Assembly (NCBI GenBank): GCA_043780835.1
Contig: JAYWCB010000010.1
Location: forward strand, 2,845 to 66,844
Source: Minisyncoccota bacterium
Lineage (GTDB): Bacteria > Patescibacteriota > Minisyncoccia > Phycocordibacterales > UBA2100
Length of the DNA: 64,000 nucleotides
Direction of reading: 5' to 3'
Shown: positions 57,682 through 64,000 of the stretch, piece after piece
Layout of the letters: the number at the start of each line of letters is the position of its first letter
Position numbering within the stretch: the first letter of the stretch is position 1
The notes under the pieces: generated by a model
Database searches by the model: none
Told to the model about the DNA's origin: nothing
Seen by the model: only the letters and a program-made list of their open reading frames with translations
Translations under genes and position numbers: made by a program

Positions 57682-58779
57682 CTATCGTGTCTCCTGCAAA
57701 AGATTTATGACTGTATCGCGCACAACGGTAAAGTTGATCCGTCCAATAAACTGCCCTCGTTCAGTAAGCACGTTTACGCGCCATGATCCGGGTTCCGGGT
57801 TTTGTTTTTGAGAATACCCGCGGAAACCGCCATCGCGCCCGCCGCGTATTTCAAACCTGACATCGCCTCGTGTTTCCCATTGCCTCGTTCCCTTGTTATA
57901 AAACTGCCACTGATGGCGCAGGATCGTGGAAAGGCCTGATGGTGCAAATACAGCGGTGAATACATACGCATTATCACCGTCGTTGAGTGCGATGTGTGCG
58001 GGTATACCGAGATAGCGAACTCCAAACGATTTCATTTCCCCGCTCAACGTATATTCGTTTTCCGTTCGCTCTACGAGATGATAGACCCCTCCCTCTTTGA
58101 GCGCGAGTGGAAGTGGAGGAATAATATTGGAGAAATACAGCACATTGAAGAGCATAAAGAGGGCGGCGAGTGAGCGCGTAGTCGTGGACTGAGCGGCAGT
58201 GAACCGTTCCGGCGTGAGTGCACGCAACAGTCCGGTAAACAATCCGATAATAACAACGCTCGAAGCGCCCGCAAGCAAAAACATGGCGGGACCGATCGTT
58301 TTAAATATGAGCGGCAAAAAGAATATAAAGAAAGAAAACAGCGTGGTGAAGTACATCGATATTTGAAATGGAAGTTTTTGATACAGCATGCGAAACCGCT
58401 CATTTCCGATAAGCATGAATGCAAGCGCGAATACAAAGACCCACGACACCGCGACACCTGCGCTGCGACTGTATAAACTCACATACCCGCTAAATAATGC
58501 GCCAAAGAAAAATTGCACCGCAACTGGAAGAAATGGCGACACGGTAAGCAAAAATCTCTGTTCAACACGACCCGACTCTATCAGATTGAGTAATACAATC
58601 GCGATACCGACGAGTACAAGATACGAAAGCATCAACATATTTCCGAATGGTGCGTCCACGCGCTTCAGCACGATGAAATTATCAATCAAAAAGCCCGCAA
58701 TGAGTGAGAGCGGAGAGATGTAACGCTCATACCATTGAATGAGCTCTTCTATATTCTGAGGAAGATACTGACGGATCAT
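57682..58779 (-). CDS. membrane protein with several N-terminal TM helices and a C-terminal extracytoplasmic domain
   Basis: Hydrophobicity pattern only. Confidence 0.45.
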   Translation of the reverse strand: MIRQYLPQNIEELIQWYERYISPLSLIAGFLIDNFIVLKRVDAPFGNMLMLSYLVLVGIAIVLLNLIESGRVEQRFLLTVSPFLPVAVQFFFGALFSGYVSLYSRSAGVAVSWVFVFALAFMLIGNERFRMLYQKLPFQISMYFTTLFSFFIFFLPLIFKTIGPAMFLLAGASSVVIIGLFTGLLRALTPERFTAAQSTTTRSLAALFMLFNVLYFSNIIPPLPLALKEGGVYHLVERTENEYTLSGEMKSFGVRYLGIPAHIALNDGDNAYVFTAVFAPSGLSTILRHQWQFYNKGTRQWETRGDVRFEIRGGRDGGFRGYSQKQNPEPGSWRVNVLTERGQFIGRINFTVVRDTVINLLQETR

Positions 58780-58844
58780 GGATATAGAAATAATAGCAAA
58801 TCCACCGGTCCCCCAGGTATTTGAATACGAGTCGTTTCAATAAC

Positions 58845-58875
58845 AAAAAGCCGGATATCGATCCGGCTTTTTGTT
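58845..58875. terminator. bidirectional intrinsic terminator (aaaaagccggatatcgatccggctttttgtt)
   Basis: Downstream of tRNA-Leu. Confidence 0.65.
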
Positions 58876-58897
58876 ATGGACTTTTTTCCAATTTTTG

Positions 58898-58982
58898 TGC
58901 CCGGGACAGGACTCGAACCTGCACGCCCATAACAGGCTTTACCACCTCAAGGTAAAATGTCTACCAATTTCAACACCCGGGC
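58898..58982 (-). tRNA. tRNA-Leu (anticodon GAG), class II with long variable arm
   Basis: Acceptor GCCCGGG/CCCGGGC, anticodon arm TTACC-TTGAGGT-GGTAA, T-arm GCAGG-TTCGAGT-CCTGT. Confidence 0.8.
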
Positions 58983-59036
58983 ATCACTGCTTCGCGATTA
59001 TACGCATCGCTTTCACTATTATCAATCTGATGTACA

Positions 59037-59070
59037 CAAAAGGCCCCGAGTGGGGCCTTTTGTGTTTGTT
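59037..59070 (-). terminator. intrinsic terminator after rplS (aaaaggccccgagtggggcctttt…)
   Basis: Hairpin with flanking tracts. Confidence 0.6.
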
Positions 59071-59072
59071 TT

Positions 59073-59528
59073 TTATGCCTGTTCGATTGCGGCTGACTCT
59101 TCGGCAGAGGGAGTTGCAAGTTCAATCGGCGCCTGGTCTTCTTCAAGACCCGTAACAACCGGTGCCGCCGACTTATTGACGAGGACGGTGCGGCGAAGCA
59201 TACGACGAGCCTCGCGAGCAACTTTGTCGCGAAGGAAATAGAGCTTGGCGCGGCGCATAGTTGCGCGCTTTACGATCTCAATTTTGTCGATCATCGGAGA
59301 ATAGAGCGGGAAAATCTTCTCGACACCTACACCACTCGATACACGGCGAACCGTAAAAGTACCGCCTGCCTCCGTGCCGTGCTTGCGCGCGAGTACGAGA
59401 CCCTCGAATGTCTGGATGCGGGTTTTGCCCTTTTCCTCGATTTTCTGGTGCACACGAACAGTGTCTCCGGAGCGGAGGTCTAATGTCTTGCGTGCTTGCA
59501 CATCTACCGGTGAAATTGTGAACGCCAT
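59073..59528 (-). CDS. rplS: 50S ribosomal protein L19 with C-terminal extension
   Basis: …[34 protein letters not shown]…[31 protein letters not shown]…AKLYFLR. Start taken at MAFTISP. Confidence 0.85.
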   Translation of the reverse strand: MAFTISPVDVQARKTLDLRSGDTVRVHQKIEEKGKTRIQTFEGLVLARKHGTEAGGTFTVRRVSSGVGVEKIFPLYSPMIDKIEIVKRATMRRAKLYFLRDKVAREARRMLRRTVLVNKSAAPVVTGLEEDQAPIELATPSAEESAAIEQA

Positions 59529-59730
59529 AACGTCGCGGCACTGTAACATGCAGGACCTGCAAGGGCAAATTACTATAGAAAAGGACCGGAAGCGTGTGCT
59601 CACGGCCCTTTGTAGTGCGGCTCAGCCGCGAAGATCAATGGCCGCCGTGGCCGTCTTCGTCGTTGGCAACATTCATCTCGAATTAAACACAAGAAGACCG
59701 ACAGCAGCTGTCGGTCTTCTTGTGTTTCTG

Positions 59731-59803
59731 TGGGCGATACAGGACTCGAACCTGTGACCTTCGCTGTGTAAAAGCGTTGCTCTACCAACTGAGCTAATCG
59801 CCC
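59731..59803 (-). tRNA. tRNA-Val (anticodon UAC)
   Basis: GGGCGATTAGCTCAGTTGGTAGAGC…TTTACAC…GGTTCGAGTCCTGTATCGCCCA. Confidence 0.75.
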
Positions 59804-59839
59804 GTTCCGCATCACCTTATCGTATTTATGTCTTTACAC

Positions 59840-60075
59840 CAATTGCCCTCGGTTGGAAACGCCCGCGACTAAACGATTGCCGTCGCAATCGCTTGTCTGG
59901 GCACCGCCTCACTGTCTCGCAAGCTTGCGAGACATCGTTCCGGCGTTCGATTCCAACACGCACAGCGCGCAGGCGCTGTGCTCTCGGTCAAAACATACGT
60001 TTTGCCCTTCGGTATCTGGGAAACCCACGGTTTTCCCAAGCCTTCCTCCACGGGAAACTTCCGTTTCCCGCCCCC
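59840..60075 (-). ncRNA. highly structured spacer between tRNA-Val and tRNA-Arg. Hairpins: H1 gattgc-CGTC-gcaatc; tgtctcgcaag/cttgcgagaca; cacagcgc-gcag-gcgctgtg; cgggaaac-ttcc-gtttcccg. Also an inverted T-arm-like segment ggcgttcgattccaac. Possible co-transcribed ncRNA or repeat-element copy
   Basis: Direct reading of multiple perfect stems; no protein-coding potential. Confidence 0.35.
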
Positions 60076-60115
60076 TTCCCTAACCGAGGACACCTCGTTC
60101 GCTTCGCTCACTCTG

Positions 60116-60187
60116 TGCCCCCGGTTGGAATCGAACCAACATAGACGGCTTAGAAGTCCGCTGCACTATCCATTGTGCTACAAGGGC
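60116..60187 (-). tRNA. tRNA-Arg (anticodon UCU)
   Basis: Acceptor GCCCTTG/CGGGGGC (two G-U pairs), D-stem GCAC/GTGC, anticodon loop CTTCTAA, T-arm GTTGG-TTCGATT-CCAAC. Confidence 0.7.
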
Positions 60188-60224
60188 CGAAGTTGAATCG
60201 TATCCGTCTGTTGCAATACGTCAA

Positions 60225-60551
60225 TTACTTTGTAGGGTCGGTCACTTGAGGCGTCGTCGTTTTGCTGAGTTCAAAATTCGCCTTTCGCTCCGAAAACTTT
60301 GCAAGCGCACTTTCAAGTTGCGTACGATCGATCGCCGTTTTCTGTTGCGTGCTCGCGTCGATGGTTGTCGCAGACATAGTCGACATGACCGCCGAAAACT
60401 CCCATATACCGAAGAAAATTACGAGGCCCGCAGCAATGATTGCACCCAAGAGAACCGTTCGCCAATACGCCTCCGCAATTGGCCTGAGATTTTCCGGCTC
60501 ATGCCGAGCTTCATAAAGCTCTTTGAAAGAATCATGCTGTGCATCTTTCAT
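60225..60551 (-). CDS. small membrane protein downstream of pilO
   Basis: Single TM. Start taken at MKDAQHD. Confidence 0.35.
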   Translation of the reverse strand: MKDAQHDSFKELYEARHEPENLRPIAEAYWRTVLLGAIIAAGLVIFFGIWEFSAVMSTMSATTIDASTQQKTAIDRTQLESALAKFSERKANFELSKTTTPQVTDPTK

Positions 60552-61099
60552 ATTGATACCGAAATTAAAGTCTGCACGCGGATACGTACAGAAATATGCC
60601 ATGGCGGCAGTTTGGGATCGGACGACTGCACTTTCTCAATATCCATCTGATCTATCGATGAAAGCAACGGAAGTTTTTCGTAAAGTTCAGCCGCGTGCAT
60701 CACCTGCACAAACGTCCCCGAACCCTGTACGTTGAATACCACCGCACGCAGTGTATCGCCCGACTTGTCCAGTTGCTGCGTGCCGGTAACCGCGGCATCG
60801 CTCACCGTGGCCTGAATTGCCGCACTCTTTCCGGCGGCGTCTATAAGATCGATAATGGGTACCACGTCTGCGCCCGCAATCGCCGAAAGTTCGGCGCGTT
60901 TATCTTTTGTGCTTTCAGCAAGCGCTTGAACACGTTTATTTAATGCTGCCTGATTCGCTTTTGTGAGCGCGGCAATCGAATCATTTGATCGCTGTACTGC
61001 CGTGGTCTCGATGAGATTCGCGGCAAACACAACAGCTCCCCACGAAAGTATCGCGAGGGCCACCATGATCCATGAAATCAATTTTATGCGTTTCGTCAT
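60548..61099 (-). CDS. pilO: type IV pilus assembly protein PilO-like
   Basis: N-terminal TM and coiled coil, position after pilM-pilN. Confidence 0.45.
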   Translation of the reverse strand: MTKRIKLISWIMVALAILSWGAVVFAANLIETTAVQRSNDSIAALTKANQAALNKRVQALAESTKDKRAELSAIAGADVVPIIDLIDAAGKSAAIQATVSDAAVTGTQQLDKSGDTLRAVVFNVQGSGTFVQVMHAAELYEKLPLLSSIDQMDIEKVQSSDPKLPPWHISVRIRVQTLISVSI

Positions 61100-61100
61100 A

Positions 61101-61610
61101 CTAAAATTTGCCGGAGAGCGTTACAGAAAACTGACCACTGGTGCCCACGAGCGCTGCTACAGGTACTGAAACACTCGAAAACATACCGTCGTTTTCGAGC
61201 GCCGTGCGATATGCAGTGAGCGCATCGCGATTCGCGGCGCCGGCAAGCTGTATATTTTTTGACGCACCGACATATCGTATGCGTTGAACCGTCACACCTT
61301 TCGGTCGCAACGCGAGCGCGCGCTCAATGGCCGCCGACGGTGATGACGTTGCAAAGATAATAGGAGTAAGTGCCGACAAAAGCGCCTGTGATTTCGACAT
61401 ACTTTTAAGACTCTCGGCGGCAGATGAACCTTGCGCGCTCATTTGCGCCTCGGAGAGCGTATTTGATTCCAGTGCGAAATAACTCGGCATAAGAGCAATA
61501 AACGCGAGCATCGCGAGGCCGATGCATACGAGTGAAAGCACGATCAAAAAACGTGCGCGGTGCATCGCCCAGAGAGATTGTTGTGCCGGAAGCGGAAGAA
61601 CGTTTGTCAT
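61101..61610 (-). CDS. pilN: type IV pilus assembly protein PilN-like
   Basis: N-terminal TM, PilN-like length and position. Confidence 0.5.
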   Translation of the reverse strand: MTNVLPLPAQQSLWAMHRARFLIVLSLVCIGLAMLAFIALMPSYFALESNTLSEAQMSAQGSSAAESLKSMSKSQALLSALTPIIFATSSPSAAIERALALRPKGVTVQRIRYVGASKNIQLAGAANRDALTAYRTALENDGMFSSVSVPVAALVGTSGQFSVTLSGKF

Positions 61611-61615
61611 ATGTA

Positions 61616-62671
61616 TTAGAGTCCCCGAAGCGCAAGGCCGATGGCCGTCGCAAATTGCAATGAGTTATGTTTGTCGATCGGCGGTATGTAGTCGTCGAAG
61701 TCAGTCACATGGCGCCACACATTGCCTCTGAGCGCTTTCGCCTGAACACGTCCTGAAATGTAATCGGACAACCCACGGAGATTTGCGTTCCCTCCCACGA
61801 GAATAACGCGACCGACGGGCGTCATACGTTCTCCATGTTCATTACGCCGGGTATCCCAATAGTGGTAGTGGCGTGCGACCTCATCTGCAAGCGCTGCGGC
61901 TGCACCGCTCACGGCATCTAATTGCGACGGCTTGTCTTTTCTTGATGCTAAGAGTCCTTCGTCATTTTTGAATCGTTCCGCGTCTTCATGCGTCATCGAG
62001 AGTTTACCTACAAGCATTCGGTCAATCAGATCGCCGCCAACTTCCACGGTCGACGTAAAGATCGGGACCCCGCGCTTCACAACGGCAAATCCGGTGCGCG
62101 CTCGTCCGAAATCAACAAGCAGCACGATCGGCTCTTCGGCATCCGATGATGAAACGGCGCGTGCAATCGAGCGTGCTTCAACCTCGAGGGATAAAAGCGT
62201 AATGCCCGCGGCCGAGAACGCCTCCACATACGCTTGCGCGACATCGCGCGGAAACACAACCACGCTGATTTCTTCGCTTCCAGTATCGTCTTTCGAAATA
62301 GTACTGTAATCAAACACTGCGGCACTTGGTGGAATCGGTACGCGACCTTCAAATTCAAACTCAATCATGCCCATAATCTGATCGCGCGCAGTTCCGCCAG
62401 GCACCTGCATACTAAACACATAGGCCGCTTCTTCGGGCAGCGCGGCGTGCGCGCATGTAACGCCCTTCAATTCTGTCCGCACCTGTTTCAACACCTCGGC
62501 AAGCGCATGGATATCGTGAATAACACCGTTGATAACGATGCCGGATTTGAGTTGTATGTCGCCATGCGTCTGCACACGTAGTCCACGCTCTGCAGGTAGC
62601 AGCGTCAGCCATTTTATTGATGAGTCCGAAATATCCACGCCGGCCGCGCGCGGCATCAAAAGTTCAGGCAT
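61616..62671 (-). CDS. pilM: type IV pilus assembly protein PilM (actin-like ATPase fold)
   Basis: …AAGVDISDSSIKWL…, …LLVDFGRARTGFAVV…, …ILVGGNANLRGL… Start taken at MPELLMP. Confidence 0.7.
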   Translation of the reverse strand: MPELLMPRAAGVDISDSSIKWLTLLPAERGLRVQTHGDIQLKSGIVINGVIHDIHALAEVLKQVRTELKGVTCAHAALPEEAAYVFSMQVPGGTARDQIMGMIEFEFEGRVPIPPSAAVFDYSTISKDDTGSEEISVVVFPRDVAQAYVEAFSAAGITLLSLEVEARSIARAVSSSDAEEPIVLLVDFGRARTGFAVVKRGVPIFTSTVEVGGDLIDRMLVGKLSMTHEDAERFKNDEGLLASRKDKPSQLDAVSGAAAALADEVARHYHYWDTRRNEHGERMTPVGRVILVGGNANLRGLSDYISGRVQAKALRGNVWRHVTDFDDYIPPIDKHNSLQFATAIGLALRGL

Positions 62672-62775
62672 CGGAAACCAGCGCGCGAGGCGCCGAGAGA
62701 ACGATTGCTTCGCATTCGAAAGAGCCGTGGGATCAGACGACCACATCGCTCGATTATATCAGGAGCGAACGACTA

Positions 62776-63183
62776 TTACTTCAATGTTGTTCCGCGTGGG
62801 ACTTCGCGCTCAGGTGAGAGCAGCGCAACACCAGAGTCATCAGATGCTGCAATAAGCATTCCCTGACTTTCAACACCACGAAGTGTTCGTGGTGCAAGAT
62901 TCACGATATAGGGGAGTTGTTTTCCGACGAGATCCTCGGGGGTTTTCCATTCTGCGATACCCGAAACAATAATGCGTGTTCCATAGTCACCGAAATCAAT
63001 GGTGCACTTAAGTAATTTATCGGCGTTTTCAATTTTCTCCACAGCGAGGACGGTGCCGAGGCGAATATCAAGCTTTGCAAAATCTTCGTACGAAATCTCC
63101 GGCTTATTCTGAGGAGTTTCTTCCACCCCGGTAGAAACAGGTCGCGGAAGGTTCGTTTCGGGACTATTGGAATCTAATGTCAT
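62776..63183 (-). CDS. stand-alone tRNA-binding domain protein (CsaA/Trbp111/EMAP-II-like OB fold)
   Basis: …KLDIRLGTVLAVEKIENADKLLKCTIDFGDYGTRIIVSGIAEW…QGMLIAA…. Confidence 0.7.
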   Translation of the reverse strand: MTLDSNSPETNLPRPVSTGVEETPQNKPEISYEDFAKLDIRLGTVLAVEKIENADKLLKCTIDFGDYGTRIIVSGIAEWKTPEDLVGKQLPYIVNLAPRTLRGVESQGMLIAASDDSGVALLSPEREVPRGTTLK

Positions 63184-63241
63184 AAAAAAGCATTTAAAAA
63201 AATATGATTGTTGCGACCGCGGTTTCTAACGGGGTCCATGC
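63124..63241 (-). promoter_or_regulatory. inverted-repeat RNA stem enclosing the start codon: arm L 63124-63147 (in CDS), arm R 63213-63241 (5' UTR); core CCCCG(T/G)TAGAAAC
   Basis: Direct reading. Arm R is about 90% identical to 34154-34186. Confidence 0.5.
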
Positions 63242-63242
63242 A

Positions 63243-63635
63243 TTAGTCTACACGGCCTGTTTTGATATCCAAATAGCGCTGCAAAATAACCGCGGCTGCG
63301 GCGGAATCATCGTGCCGGTCGTCCGGTGCGTAGCGATTGGCCTCGATTGAGCTCCCCGCTTCCCACGACGATGCAATCGGAATATCAAGGACTTCCTTCA
63401 GGTCGATCACAAAGTTTTTTACGTGTGTCGTTATCGGATTCGGCACACCGCCATAGCTTTTTGTGTCGCCAATGACGATGAAATCGATCTTTTCTTCACG
63501 TACAAGCGCTTTAATCGTATCAATCACACCGCGCATGTTTGCAATGGTGGCGCGAGGAAAGGCAATGGTGCCGTTGGCATCGGACACCGCAAGTCCGATG
63601 CGTTTGCCGCCGTAGTCGATGCCAAGGAATTTCAT
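63243..63635 (-). CDS. ruvX: Holliday junction resolvase-like RuvX/YqgF
   Basis: MKFLGIDYGGKRIGLAVSD…. Confidence 0.85.
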   Translation of the reverse strand: MKFLGIDYGGKRIGLAVSDANGTIAFPRATIANMRGVIDTIKALVREEKIDFIVIGDTKSYGGVPNPITTHVKNFVIDLKEVLDIPIASSWEAGSSIEANRYAPDDRHDDSAAAAVILQRYLDIKTGRVD

Positions 63636-63637
63636 AT

Positions 63638-64000
63638 TCAGAATTCCCGCGTTTCGTTGTTGTGGAGTGCTTTGAATTCAATACCATGAGGCGCGATGAT
63701 AGATTGGATGATCTGAGGTATAAATCCGGTCAATTGAGGATTAAGAATCATATCGTGCACGGGGAAAGCGGTCTTTGGTTTTAGTTCAATCGCATAATCA
63801 ATCGCTTCGGATAAGCGCATCCACGGACCCGCAACGGGTAGCGCAAGTATTTCAACAGCGACATTCGGTTTGATAAACGAATCTCCCGGGTACCACAGTC
63901 GATTGGCGACAAGGAAGCCCGTGTTTTGAATTCGTGGAATCGTGGAATGTATTTCTTCGTGTATACCCGAAACGCCGGAAATCAGCACTCCCCCAATTTC
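63638..64000 (-). CDS. MBL-fold metallo-hydrolase, C-terminal part (N-terminus beyond window end)
   Basis: …YPGDSF…VEILALPVAGPW…AFPVHD… Truncated by the window. Confidence 0.4.
   Translation of the reverse strand, partial: EIGGVLISGVSGIHEEIHSTIPRIQNTGFLVANRLWYPGDSFIKPNVAVEILALPVAGPWMRLSEAIDYAIELKPKTAFPVHDMILNPQLTGFIPQIIQSIIAPHGIEFKALHNNETREF

Noticed and set aside
59600-59815. 71-aa ORF (…LAQLVEQRFYTAKVTGSSPVSPT…)
   Set aside because: It overlaps tRNA-Val. The peptide is the well-known translation artefact of a tRNA gene.
59815-60115. RNase P RNA, tmRNA or SRP RNA in the structured tRNA-Val/tRNA-Arg spacer
   Set aside because: It lacks the P4 GGAAAGUCCGG core, a tRNA-like tmRNA terminus and the SRP domain IV motif. 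It better matches the dispersed hairpin element.

Overview
This 64 kb window looks bacterial and is dominated by minus-strand genes. The tight gene packing, the absence of biosynthetic genes and the DGR are consistent with a small-genome Candidate Phyla Radiation (Parcubacteria-like) organism; that is an inference, not a demonstrated placement.

Recognisable content:
- Translation: ribosomal proteins L7/L12-L10, L11, L19, S6-SSB-S18; NusG and SecE; EF-P.
- Aminoacyl-tRNA synthetases: MetRS, GlyRS, IleRS, ArgRS.
- DNA metabolism: RecA, FtsK, RecO, RuvX, Tmk, TatD.
- Other enzymes and membrane proteins: FolK, a two-subunit ATP-citrate-lyase-like enzyme, GT2 and GT4 glycosyltransferases, DedA, PAP2 and an AI-2E transporter.
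- Type IV pilus PilM/N/O, two very large secreted proteins, and a RelE/Phd toxin-antitoxin pair.
- Four minus-strand tRNAs (His-GUG, Leu-GAG, Val-UAC, Arg-UCU) and the 5' end of a 23S rRNA at the left window edge.

The most notable feature is a complete diversity-generating retroelement (DGR) at about 34.2-36.7 kb. It has an RT, an Avd-like four-helix-bundle ORF, and a 112-bp template repeat that differs from the C-terminal variable region of a 199-aa target gene only at template adenines (16 of 16 mismatches).

Two previously unannotated repeat families are also visible. One is an inverted-repeat RNA stem motif (core CCCGTTAGAAA) at three gene 5' ends (rpsF and two others); two of these genes share an encoded N-terminal peptide. 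The other is a tRNA-associated hairpin element with a conserved GC-CGTC-GC tetraloop hairpin. These elements occur next to tRNA-His (a tandem unit of about 175 bp that also carries copies of the tRNA 3' end), between tRNA-Val and tRNA-Arg, and near rpsR.

No CRISPR array and no full rRNA gene were seen. All calls come from reading the sequence and translations; no searches were run.
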